From contig OZ024750.1 in the NCBI GenBank assembly GCA_964016885.1, forward strand, positions 37,138,001 to 37,202,000: a DNA stretch of 64,000 nucleotides, written 5' to 3'. The position numbers and the translations under genes are program-made. This stretch comes from Eledone cirrhosa (taxonomy: Eukaryota). Under the pieces are notes generated by a model, which was not told where the DNA came from, did no database searches, and saw only the letters and a program-made list of their open reading frames with translations. Of this stretch, positions 49,305-64,000 are shown piece by piece (the stretch's first letter is position 1; each line of letters begins with the position of its first letter).

Positions 49305-51344
49305 AACTCAGAAAAAATTATAAAAAATCTAATAATGTGTCACTCACCAACATCAACAACAAAACACACAACATAGTAAAAAAACTAAACATTGAAGATA
49401 GAACTGAACCTTTGGCATTGAAAAGACCACACTTCAACCTGAAAGATCACAAATCTAACTTTAACTCAAATCCTTCTATTAGACTTATATGTCCCTCCAA
49501 ATCAGATATTGGAATAATTAGCAAAAAAAACTTTAGATAGAGTCATCCCACAAATAAGAAAACACGTTATTTTACCACTCTGGGAAAACACCTCCCAGGT
49601 AATTAACTGGTTTAAAAATATTAGGTGTAAATCTTCTGCTTCTTTCCTACAATTTGATATAGATAATTACTATTCTTCTATATCACCTATACTCCTGAAC
49701 AAAGCATTGATATTTGCTAAGAATAGATCTAACTTAACTTTGGATGACATCAATATTATTACACATGCTAGACTAACACTTATTGAATTTCAGAATGAAT
49801 ACTGGACCAGAAACACATATAGTAATCTTTTTGATATTACTATGGGTTCAAGCGATTCCGCCCAAATTACTGATCTTGTGGGCCTCTTTCTCCTTTTCAA
49901 CATAAATGCCTCTTTTCCCCACCTCAAAGGTGGTTTATATCGTGATGACTGTCTTCTTCTTTCTAACAACCTTAGCCTTTCAGAAATTGAAAAAAACAAA
50001 AAACATATTAGAACTTTCCTTAAAGACTATTATAATCTTAATATTACTTTTGAAAAAACAAGTAAAGTAGTAAATTTCCTAGATATAACTTTAGATTTAG
50101 CTACGGGTATCTACCAACCTTACCATAAACCTAACCAAAACTTACATTACATACACTCACAATCTAATCACCCTAAATCTATCCTTAAAAACCTTGCATA
50201 TAATATATCACTTAGAATTTCTAACCTTTCTTCTAACCAAGATGTATTTGATAAAAATGCGACCTTCTATAACGAAGCTCTAGATAGAAGTGGCCACAAA
50301 AATAGATTAGAGTATATACCTTCTACTAAAAATACTGAAAGCATACAACATAATATTACCAACAAACACCAAATGAAAAGTACACACCTAAATGCCACCC
50401 ACACTATACCCCAAAATACCAAATCTTCTAATATAAAGTATAGTAACTCTCAAAAAACTACTCATCGTACAACTCTAATAAATATTAATAATAAAACTCC
50501 TAATAAAAAGGATAAAACACCTAAATCTACAAATATAACTAAAAATAGTTGTGGTGAGATCATTAACATTAATCCTCCTAGTAAAAATCACGATACAACC
50601 TATAAAAATAATAAAAATAATAAACAACATAGAAACCGTAATAGACGGGTTACTTGGTATAATGCTCCTTTTAATTTACAAGTTAAGGATAATATTGCTA
50701 AAAAATTTTTTTATATCCTTGAGAAAAACTTCCCGCCAAACCACAAATACCATCAAATCTTAAATAGGTCTACAGTTAAATTCTCATATTCTACAACAAA
50801 TAACATAAAACAAAATATAAGTGCATATAATGCATATAAATGTAAGAAAACCATAAGTATACCACCAGTACATCAAATTAACCATAATATCTCCTCAAAT
50901 ACAGAATTAACGAAAGGATGTAACTGTAGAAACAAAGCAAACTGCCCATTAAAAGGGAATTGTCTTGTTAACAACATAGTCTATAAATGTAATGTTAAAA
51001 CTAAAGATTCTATTTGCTCATATATAGGAGCTACCTCTAACAATTTTAAGACAAGGTTTAATACCCACAAGCATAGTTTTAAAAATGCCGCACTGGCTAA
51101 TACAACATCTCTAGCGGAAAAAATCAATAGTTATAAAAATAAGAATATAGAATATGATTTGACCTGGAGTGTGCTCAAAAGAGCCACCCCTTATCAAAAT
51201 AATAGAAATGAATGTAGATTATGTTCCCAAGAACTATTTGAAATAATGAAGTCTAAGGATATCTTATTAAATAAAAGACAGGAATTAATTATATCGTGTA
51301 ATCATAAACTAAAAAAAACATTTAAATATTATAAACCTAATTAA
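49301..51344 (+). pseudogene. PLE B ORF, 5'-truncated, frameshift in A-run at ~49525
   Basis: ORF track 49337-49540 + 49707-51344 jointly match 56450-58381. Confidence 0.9.
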
Positions 51345-51908
51345 TAACATTATTTTAGAAATTAATTTAATTTAAATGTTAGTTAACCTATAAATTTAAT
51401 TTAATTAAAATTTTATTACAGATGAGAATATAAAATATTATGTAATCATAAATTGTGAAAAACCTTTAAGTATTACTAATATATACTTAGTAATTTAATT
51501 TATAGATTAATTTTAATTTATTTAAACCTTTTATTATAATTCTTTTACAGATAAAATATAACAAAATAATATCGTGTATCCAATGACAGAGAAATAATTT
51601 TTAGTATTATAGACCTAATTAATATACATTTTAGAAATATATTTATAATTTGGTTTTAATTTTAATCAACCTAAAAATTTAATTTTAATTTGCTTAAAAT
51701 TAGTATCCTTATACAGACGAATTGCAGAATGTCATGTAATCATAGAATGGGATGTGTTTTGGATATATACCTAGTTAATATATTCTATGCAATTTTTTGA
51801 AAAAGATATGTATATGTATATGTGTATGTGTATGTGTGTGTGTATGTATATGTGTATATATGTATATATATATATATATATGTGTATATATATGTATATA
51901 TGTATGTG

Positions 51909-51939
<31 letters not shown>

Positions 51940-52996
51940 TAATTTTGATTTCTATTTGCATATAATTATATTATGCTATTGATAAAATACAATATCTGCT
52001 TTATGTATTGTATACCTAATTAACATATACTATAGAAATAAATATATAATTTTTAATTTAGTTAACCTATAATTTATATTCTACTACCGATGTAATACTT
52101 TATTTTATTTGTTTTTTCCCTATTACTAAATTCATTTCCTAATATTGATACCATAACGTTATTAACTTTAATTTAGTTATACTATAATTAATACTCTACT
52201 ACTATTTAACTTCAAAATTCTGCTTCAAATATTATAAACCTAACTAATTTACACCTTAGAAATCAATATGTTAACTATCTTTGGTTTAGTTAACATAAAA
52301 TTAATGGTATACTTATTTATTTTGAGATGCATAGATTTTGCCTTAGTTCTTGTTTGTTGTATTTCCTAACACTGAAACTATGTAAAAACATACATTGGAT
52401 AAAGATACGGAAAATATTCTATGTTTCTTGAAACATATATTTACTATGATCCCCTTCTCCAAACCCCCCCTTTCCCCCATACTATTATCATCTGTATTTG
52501 TAAGCGTGTATGTATGAATATATATGTAGGTAGGTGTCTATATAGGTTTGGGTATTTATATCTAAATGTAAAAATACATATATGCGCATGCAAATATGAA
52601 TGTAAGATTGTGTGTGTATATATGAGTATGTGTATGTATGTATATATGTGTATATATGCATGAATATATGTATGTGTATGTGAATGTGTGTATATATATG
52701 TGTATGTATATATATATATATATGTATATATATGTATATATGTATATATAGGAATATATATATATGTATATATATGTATATGTATATGTGTGTGTATGTA
52801 TGTGTGTGTATGTGTGTTGTATATATATGTATGTCTCTCTATTTATATGTCTATCTTAGTATCTATGTGATATATGTGTGTGTGTGTGCATGTATGCACA
52901 TATATGTGTTTATGTGTATATATGTGTATGTGTGTATATATGTGTGTGTGCACACATATATATATGTGAGTGTGTATATGTGTCTGTGTATATGTA

Positions 52997-53050
<54 letters not shown>

Positions 53051-53440
53051 TGTCTATGTGTGAATATATGTCTATATTCGTATGTGTGTATATATGTATG
53101 TATATGTTTATATGTATATATATATATATATATGTGTATGTATATATATATGTATATATATATATATATATATTATTTTTTATTATTATAATATAACTTA
53201 TGTGTATGTGTGTATATGTGAGGTTGTGTATGTGTATATAATATGTGTATATATAAGTGTAAAAAAATATATATATATGTGCATGTCTGTTTTTTATGTG
53301 TGTGTATATATATATATATATATATACGTGTGTGTATATATATGTATATGTGGGTGTTTGTATGTGTATTTATGGTGGTATGAGTGTGTGGGTATCTATA
53401 TATATATATATGTATGAATGTGTGTGTGTATATATGTATA

Positions 53441-53487
<47 letters not shown>

Positions 53488-53846
53488 ATATATATCTCTA
53501 TTAATGCGTGTATATATGTATATGCATATGCCTTTTTATTTTTATTTGTATGTCTGAGTTAGGTGAGGTTGTAGTGGTGTTTTTATGTATATACGCATAT
53601 ATGGATGCGTATGTATTTGTATATATGAGTATAAGTAAGTGCATATGTATGTATGATTATATATCTAATTCTATGTATGAATATACATGTATATATATGT
53701 GTGTATGTAAGTTGTGTGTGTATGTATGTATATGTCTATGTGTGTATATATATATGTATGTATATCGATGTACGTGTATGTATGTACATGTATGTATATG
53801 TATGTGTGTATGTATGTGTATGTATATTTATGTGTATGTATATATG

Positions 53847-53901
<55 letters not shown>

Positions 53902-54123
53902 CTTTATTATTTATTTTTTATATATATATGTATGTGTGTATGTGTTGTGTGTGTGTGTGTGTGTGTATATATATCTTTATATATGTGTATGTGTATGTTC
54001 GTGTAGGTGTATGTGTGTGTATGAATTTATATGTATGTGTGTATGTGTGTATGCGTATATATTTCTATGTGTGTGTACATGTATGTATGTGTGTATATGT
54101 GTATGTGTGTGTATGTATGTATG

Positions 54124-54156
<33 letters not shown>

Positions 54157-54187
54157 GTTATATATATATATGTATATGTATATGTGC

Positions 54188-54218
<31 letters not shown>

Positions 54219-54468
54219 TATGTTTTTCTATTTGTATATGTATGTGTGTATAGGTATATACCTTTCTCTTTGTATTTCTAAGTTGTGTGATAGTGTAGTG
54301 GTGTTTGTATGTATATACCGATATATAGATGCGTAAGTATTTGTCTGTATGTATATTAGTATGTAAGTGTTGTATATGTGCATGTATGTGTGTGGTTATA
54401 TATATCTGTTCTATATAGTATGTGTGATTATATGTATATGTGTGTGTATATGTACGTGTATATACATA

Positions 54469-54539
<71 letters not shown>

Positions 54540-55441
54540 ATTTGTATGTATATGTGTATATGTATGTATGTGTGTATATGTATATGTTTATATATGTGTG
54601 TGTATGTATGTTCTTAGTGTGTATGTGTGTATATGTATGTATGTGTTTGTATATGTGTGTATATTTATGTATGTGTGTGTGTGTGTATATGTGTATATAT
54701 GTGTATATTATATATATATGTATATGTGTGTGTATATATATATATATATATGTAGGTGTATATATGTATATATATATATTTATTTTCTTGATATATTTCT
54801 TTTTTCTTTTTTCTTTTTTCTGTTTTCTTTCTATTCTTTCCTCTTTAATGTTTATTTATTTATTATTTTTTATTTTTATTTTTTTATTTTCTTAGTTTAT
54901 AGATACATCTATATTAGGCAGTCAGCTCAGACCGTTGAATACTGACCTCTCCCCCCCCCCTCCCACCTAATTTCTGTATCTTGATCTAAAAATGTGTGTG
55001 CCAGTGTTTTATGTGAGTGAATTAATATCCATGTGCTTATGATTTTATATCCACATATATAAATGTGAGTGGGGGTGTGTGTGTATTTGTATGTTTGTGG
55101 TTATGTGTATATTTATGCATATACGCGCGTGTATGTGTGATTGTACGGATATGTGTGAGTATGAAAAAATATATTTATATACTTAATTTCATAAGTGTCA
55201 ATACGCATCTTATCTGTGCATTATAAAGTTACAGAGACATTAACCTTGAAATTTTATTATTTGCATCCATCCCTTTAGTATGCGTATACAAATTATACAT
55301 ACATTTTTGTAAAATATGTGTAAGGGTTTTACATGTATATACACACACCGAACTGCATTTAACCCTTTGTGTTTTCATTGGTCAATTTTGTTCCCAAACG
55401 GACCTGAAATTTTGAATTGTTGTTATTATCAATAAATATAC

Positions 55442-55595
55442 TTCATTATTTCTGAAGACGGCGTATATATGTGTTGGTATGTATATTTAATCTTGATAAT
55501 TTGTATAATTTTGTATAATTTTGTACATAGATCTGTTGAATATGCATACCAATTCTAACACATATATATCCTAGAAACGATCGTTAAATAATGAA
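55442..55595 (+). ncRNA. Family B hammerhead with ~115-nt helix II (also 62551-62704 +, 41948-42103 +, 63351-63505 -)
   Basis: ttcattattt-CTGAAGA-[55459-55573]-GAA-ACGATCGT-T-aaataatgaa; perfect 10-bp helix I. Confidence 0.75.
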
Positions 55596-55938
55596 CTTTT
55601 TTTGTTTAATATAAGGAATTGTTTATTCATTATTTGTTTAATATTTTATCTTGACTCTGTATACCGTTTATCTTTCACCGAAAGTGATTTTTCATTACAT
55701 CTCTTCTTTCCATGATATCCGGAATACATTGAGTTCTTCATACGGATTGGACACTACCGTAAACTCTTGGTAGATTTATCTACATAATTTTGCTCCTATT
55801 TTCACGGAAATATTCGTATTTTTGTACTGTATGTGTGTATTAATTTTATGTTTATGTATATACATATATATATGTATGATTTTGTAAACCCATATACATT
55901 TAGTTGAGCTCTTTCAATTGTCCTTCATCCATATCACA

Positions 55939-58381
55939 ATGGAAAAACAATATTTAGGAACCTCCTTAAAAAACATACCAATACCTTCTAAGGATGACTT
56001 CTTACTCCTTATGATTCAGAAAACTAATAATTTTATCAGAAGGGTTAGATGGAGAGCCTACCACTTCGATAGAAAATCTAAACAAGCAGATCGGAAATAT
56101 ATGTATGATTTCAATACTTACAAGAATCCACCACACAACTTTTTACTTGAAGACTTCGAGAAAGACCTTTTTAATTTAATTAAACACCTCAAATTTAAAA
56201 AGTATAAATCCGTCTTTCAAAAGGACCTTGATTCTACCCTATTGGACCTAAAAAAGTCTAAAAAAATCCATGTCCACTCGGACAAAACTGGTAACTTGTA
56301 TCATATGGATATTGAACATTATAACGAGTTCATATATAAAGAACTCAGAAAAAATTATAAAAAATCTAATAATGTGTCACTCACCAACATCAACAACAAA
56401 ACACACAACATAGTAAAAAAAACTAAACATTGAAGATAGAACTGAACCTTTGGCATTGAAAAGACCACACTTCAACCTGAAAGATCACAAATCTAACTTT
56501 AACTCAAATCCTTCTATTAGACTTATATGTCCCTCCAAATCAGATATTGGAATAATTAGCAAAAAAATTTTAGATAGAGTCATCCCACAAATAAGAAAAC
56601 ACGTTATTTTACCACTCTGGGAAAACACCTCCCAGGTAATTAACTGGTTTAAAAATATTAGGTGTAAATCTTCTGCTTCTTTCCTACAATTTGATATAGA
56701 TAATTACTATTCTTCTATATCACCTATACTCCTGAACAAAGCATTGATATTTGCTAAGAATAGATCTAACTTAACTTTGGATGACATCAATATTATTACA
56801 CATGCTAGACTAACACTTATTGAATTTCAGAATGAATACTGGACCAGAAACACATATAGTAATCTTTTTGATATTACTATGGGTTCAAGCGATTCCGCCC
56901 AAATTACTGATCTTGTGGGCCTCTTTCTCCTTTTCAACATAAATGCCTCTTTTCCCCACCTCAAAGGTGGTTTATATCGTGATGACTGTCTTCTTCTTTC
57001 TAACAACCTTAGCCTTTCAGAAATTGAAAAAAACAAAAAACATATTAGAACTTTCCTTAAAGACTATTATAATCTTAATATTACTTTTGAAAAAACAAGT
57101 AAAGTAGTAAATTTCCTAGATATAACTTTAGATTTAGCTACGGGTATCTACCAACCTTACCATAAACCTAACCAAAACTTACATTACATACACTCACAAT
57201 CTAATCACCCTAAATCTATCCTTAAAAACCTTGCATATAATATATCACTTAGAATTTCTAACCTTTCTTCTAACCAAGATGTATTTGATAAAAATGCGAC
57301 CTTCTATAACGAAGCTCTAGATAGAAGTGGCCACAAAAATAGATTAGAGTATATACCTTCTACTAAAAATACTGAAAGCATACAACATAATATTACCAAC
57401 AAACACCAAATGAAAAGTACACACCTAAATGCGACCCACACTATACCCCAAAATACCAAATCTTCTAATATAAAGTATAGTAACTCTCAAAAAACTACTC
57501 ATCGTACAACTCTAATAAATATTAATAATAAAACTCCTAATAAAAAGGATAAAACACCTAAATCTACAAATATAACTAAAAATAGTGGTGGTGAGATCAT
57601 TAACATTAATCCTCCTAGTAAAAATCACGATACAACCTATAAAAATAATAAAAATAATAAACAACATAGAAACCGTAATAGACGGGTTACTTGGTATAAT
57701 GCTCCTTTTAATTTACAAGTTAAGGATAATATTGCTAAAAAATTTTTTTATATCCTTGAGAAAAACTTCCCGCCAAACCACAAATACCATCAAATCTTAA
57801 ATAGGTCTACAGTTAAATTCTCATATTCTACAACAAATAACATAAAACAAAATATAAGTGCATATAATGCATATAAATGTAAGAAAACCATAAGTATACC
57901 ACCAGTACATCAAATTAACCATAATATCTCCTCAAATACAGAATTAACGAAAGGATGTAACTGTAGAAACAAAGCAAACTGCCCATTAAAAGGGAATTGT
58001 CTTGTTAACAACATAGTCTATAAATGTAATGTTAAAACTAAAGATTCTATTTGCTCATATATAGGAGCTACCTCTAACAATTTTAAGACAAGGTTTAATA
58101 CCCACAAGCATAGTTTTAAAAATGCCGCACTGGCTAATACAACATCTCTAGCGGAAAAAATCAATAGTTATAAAAATAAGAATATAGAATATGATTTGAC
58201 CTGGAGTGTGCTCAAAAGAGCCACCCCTTATCAAAATAATAGAAATGAATGTAGATTATGTTCCCAAGAACTATTTGAAATAATGAAGTCTAAGGATATC
58301 TTATTAAATAAAAGACAGGAATTAATTATATCGTGTAATCATAAACTAAAAAAAACATTTAAATATTATAAACCTAATTAA
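55939..58381 (+). pseudogene. PLE B full-length RT + GIY-YIG ORF with a single frameshift in an A-run at ~56420
   Basis: ORFs 55918-56433 and 56450-58381 join to give the same protein as 36926-39362. Confidence 0.9.
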
Positions 58382-58945
58382 TAACATTATTTTAGAAATT
58401 AATTTAATTTAAATGTTAGTTAACCTATAAATTTAATTTAATTAAAATTTTATTACAGATGAGAATATAAAATATTATGTAATCATAAATTGTGAAAAAC
58501 CTTTAAGTATTACTAATATATACTTAGTAATTTAATTTATAGATTAATTTTAATTTATTTAAACCTTTTATTATAATTCTTTTACAGATAAAATATAACA
58601 AAATAATATCGTGTATCCAATGACAGAGAAATAATTTTTAGTATTATAGACCTAATTAATATACATTTTAGAAATATATTTATAATTTGGTTTTAATTTT
58701 AATCAACCTAAAAATTTAATTTTAATTTGCTTAAAATTAGTATCCTTATACAGACGAATTGCAGAATGTCATGTAATCATAGAATGGGATGTGTTTTGGA
58801 TATATACCTAGTTAATATATTCTATGCAATTTTTTGAAAAAGATATGTATATGTATATGTGTATGTGTATGTGTGTGTGTATGTATATGTGTATATATGT
58901 ATATATATATATATATATGTGTATATATATGTATATATGTATGTG

Positions 58946-58976
<31 letters not shown>

Positions 58977-60033
58977 TAATTTTGATTTCTATTTGCATAT
59001 AATTATATTATGCTATTGATAAAATACAATATCTGCTTTATGTATTGTATACCTAATTAACATATACTATAGAAATAAATATATAATTTTTAATTTAGTT
59101 AACCTATAATTTATATTCTACTACCGATGTAATACTTTATTTTATTTGTTTTTTCCCTATTACTAAATTCATTTCCTAATATTGATACCATAACGTTATT
59201 AACTTTAATTTAGTTATACTATAATTAATACTCTACTACTATTTAACTTCAAAATTCTGCTTCAAATATTATAAACCTAACTAATTTACACCTTAGAAAT
59301 CAATATGTTAACTATCTTTGGTTTAGTTAACATAAAATTAATGGTATACTTATTTATTTTGAGATGCATAGATTTTGCCTTAGTTCTTGTTTGTTGTATT
59401 TCCTAACACTGAAACTATGTAAAAACATACATTGGATAAAGATACGGAAAATATTCTATGTTTCTTGAAACATATATTCACTATGATCCCCTTCTCCAAA
59501 CCCCCCCTTTCCCCCATACTATTATCATCTGTATTTGTAAGCGTGTATGTATGAATATATATGTAGGTAGGTGTCTATATAGGTTTGGGTATTTATATCT
59601 AAATGTAAAAATACATATATGCGCATGCAAATATGAATGTAAGATTGTGTGTGTATATATGAGTATGTGTATGTATGTATATATGTGTATATATGCATGA
59701 ATATATGTATGTGTATGTGAATGTGTGTATATATATGTGTATGTATATATATATATATATGTATATATATGTATATATGTATATATAGGAATATATATAT
59801 ATGTATATATATGTATATGTATATGTGTGTGTATGTATGTGTGTGTATGTGTGTTGTATATATATGTATGTCTCTCTATTTATATGTCTATCTTAGTATC
59901 TATGTGATATATGTGTGTGTGTGTGCATGTATGCACATATATGTGTTTATGTGTATATATGTGTATGTGTGTATATATGTGTGTGTGCACACATATATAT
60001 ATGTGAGTGTGTATATGTGTCTGTGTATATGTA

Positions 60034-60083
<50 letters not shown>

Positions 60084-60329
60084 TGTCTATGTGTGAATAT
60101 ATGTCTATATTCGTATGTGTGTATATATGTATGTATATGTTTATATGTATATATATATATATATATGTGTATGTATATATATATGTATATATATATATAT
60201 ATATATTATTTTTTATTATTATAATATAACTTATGTGTATGTGTGTATATGTGAGGTTGTGTATGTGTATATAATATGTGTATATATAAGTGTAAAAAAA
60301 TATATATATATGTGCATGTCTGTTTTTTA

Positions 60330-60365
<36 letters not shown>

Positions 60366-60479
60366 CGTGTGTGTATATATATGTATATGTGGGTGTTTGT
60401 AAGTGTATTTATGGTGGTATGAGTGTGTGGGTATCTATATATATATATATGTATGAATGTGTGTGTGTATATATGTATA

Positions 60480-60520
<41 letters not shown>

Positions 60521-60879
60521 ATATATATCTCTATTAATGCGTGTATATATGTATATGCATATGCCTTTTTATTTTTATTTGTATGTCTGAGTTAGGTGAG
60601 GTTGTAGTGGTGTTTTTGTGTATATACGCATATATGGATGCGTATGTATTTGTATATATGAGTATAAGTAAGTGCATATGTATGTATGATTATATATCTA
60701 ATTCTATGTATGAATATACATGTATATATATGTGTGTATGTAAGTTGTGTGTGTATGTATGTATATGTCTATGTGTGTATATATATATGTATGTATATCG
60801 ATGTACGTGTATGTATGTACATGTATGTATATGTATGTGTGTATGTATGTGTATGTATATTTATGTGTATGTATATATG

Positions 60880-60938
<59 letters not shown>

Positions 60939-61158
60939 TTATTATTTATTTTTTATATATATATGTATGTGTGTATGTGTTGTGTGTGTGTGTGTGTGTG
61001 TATATATATCTTTATATATGTGTATGTGTATGTTCGTGTAGGTGTATGTGTGTGTATGAATTTATATGTATGTGTGTATGTGTGTATGCGTATATATTTC
61101 TATGTGTGTGTACATGTATGTATGTGTGTATATGTGTATGTGTGTGTATGTATGTATG

Positions 61159-61191
<33 letters not shown>

Positions 61192-61222
61192 GTTATATAT
61201 ATATATGTATATGTATATGTGC

Positions 61223-61259
<37 letters not shown>

Positions 61260-61565
61260 TTTCTATTTGTATATGTATGTGTGTATAGGTATATACCTTT
61301 CTCTTTGTATTTCTAAGTTGTGTGATAGTGTAGTGGTGTTTGTATGTATATACCGATATATAGATGCGTAAGTATTTGTCTGTATGTATATATGTAAGTC
61401 TGTATATATTTGTGTGTATATATAGCTATGTATGTGTATATCTGTATGTATATTAGTATGTAAGTGTTGTATATGTGCATGTATGTGTGTGGTTATATAT
61501 ATCTGTTCTATATAGTATGTGTGATTATATGTATATGTGTGTGTATATGTACGTGTATATACATA

Positions 61566-61640
<75 letters not shown>

Positions 61641-61825
61641 ATTTGTATGTATATGTGTATATGTATGTATGTGTGTATATGTATATGTTTATATATGTGT
61701 GTGTATGTATGTTCTTAGTGTGGATGTGTGTATATGTATGTATGTGTTTGTATATGTGTGTATATTTATGTATGTGTGTGTGTGTGTATATGTGTATATA
61801 TGTGTATATTATATATATATGTATA

Positions 61826-61860
<35 letters not shown>

Positions 61861-62889
61861 GTAGGTGTATATATGTATATATATATATTTATTTTCTTGA
61901 TATATTTCTTTTTTCTTTTTTCTTTTTTCTGTTTTCTTTCTATTCTTTCCTCTTTAATGTTTATTTATTTATTATTTTTTATTTTTATTTTTTTATTTTC
62001 TTAGTTTATAGATACATCTATATTAGGCAGTCAGCTCAGACCGTTGAATACTGACCTCTCCCCCCCCCCTCCCACCTAATTTCTGTATCTTGATCTAAAA
62101 ATGTGTGTGCCAGTGTTTTATGTGAGTGAATTAATATCCATGTGCTTATGATTTTATATCCACATATATAAATGTGAGTGGGGGTGTGTGTGTATTTGTA
62201 TGTTTGTGGTTATGTGTATATTTATGCATATACGCGCGTGTATGTGTGATTGTACGGATATGTGTGAGTATGAAAAAATATATTTATATACTTAATTTCA
62301 TAAGTGTCAATACGCATCTTATCTGTGCATTATAAAGTTACAGAGACATTAACCTTGAAATTTTATTATTTGCATCCATCCCTTTAGTATGCGTATACAA
62401 ATTATACATACATTTTTGTAAAATATGTGTAAGGGTTTTACATGTATATACACACACCGAACTGCATTTAACCCTTTGTGTTTTCATTGGTCAATTTTGT
62501 TCCCAAACGGACCTGAAATTTTGAATTGTTGTTATTATCAATAAATATACTTCATTATTTCTGAAGACGGCGTATATATGTGTTGGTATGTATATTTAAT
62601 CTTGATAATTTGTATAATTTTGTATAATTTTGTACATAGATCTGTTGAATATGCATACCAATTCTAACACATATATATCCTAGAAACGATCGTTAAATAA
62701 TGAACTTTTTTTGTTTAATATAAGGAATTGTTTATTCATTATTTGTTTAATATTTTATCTTGACTCTGTATACCGTTTATCTTTCACCGAAAGTGATTTT
62801 TCATTACATCTCTTCTTTCCATGATATCCGGAATACATTGAGTTCTTCATACGGATTGGACACTACCGTAAACTCTTGGTAGATTTATC

Positions 62890-62944
<55 letters not shown>

Positions 62945-62968
62945 TAAAACGTGTCTATAGAATCAATC

Positions 62969-64000
<1,032 letters not shown>

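Larger units (their letters stand above)
49301..62894 (+). mobile_element. Head-to-tail tandem of PLE family B (~7.04-kb unit; first copy 5'-truncated)
   Basis: ORF stops at 51344 and 58381; UTRs 51345-55785 and 58382-62894 nearly identical; ends ...gatttatctacata + (TA)n. Confidence 0.92.

Overview
Eukaryotic, gene-free, (TA)n-microsatellite-dominated region. An invertebrate host, plausibly a cephalopod or other mollusc, is inferred from the style of the tRNA/CORE-like SINEs and RTE tail. The window is a nest of retroelements, nearly all sitting in (TA)n. It holds a full-length CR1-like LINE (Myb/SANT + CCCH ORF1; APE-RT ORF2) and fragments of a second CR1-like and an RTE LINE. It also holds tRNA-derived SINEs and at least three Naiad-type Penelope-like element (PLE) families (RT + C-terminal GIY-YIG). 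Two non-coding tandem arrays (310 bp and 466 bp units) carry one type-I hammerhead ribozyme (HHR) per unit, i.e. retrozyme-like. At least six distinct HHR sequence families can be read by eye. Standout observations: (1) a hairpin cassette inside a PLE has about 30 strand-specific A>G changes confined to its paired arms, an apparent genomically fixed ADAR hyper-editing footprint that destroys a hammerhead core; (2) the 466-bp array begins exactly at its predicted HHR cleavage site; (3) one HHR has a ~115-nt helix II; (4) many insertions are 'two-headed', including a LINE/PLE chimera. The YI/CV/TH-rich ORFs in the track are microsatellite artefacts. All folds and mismatch counts were made by eye.
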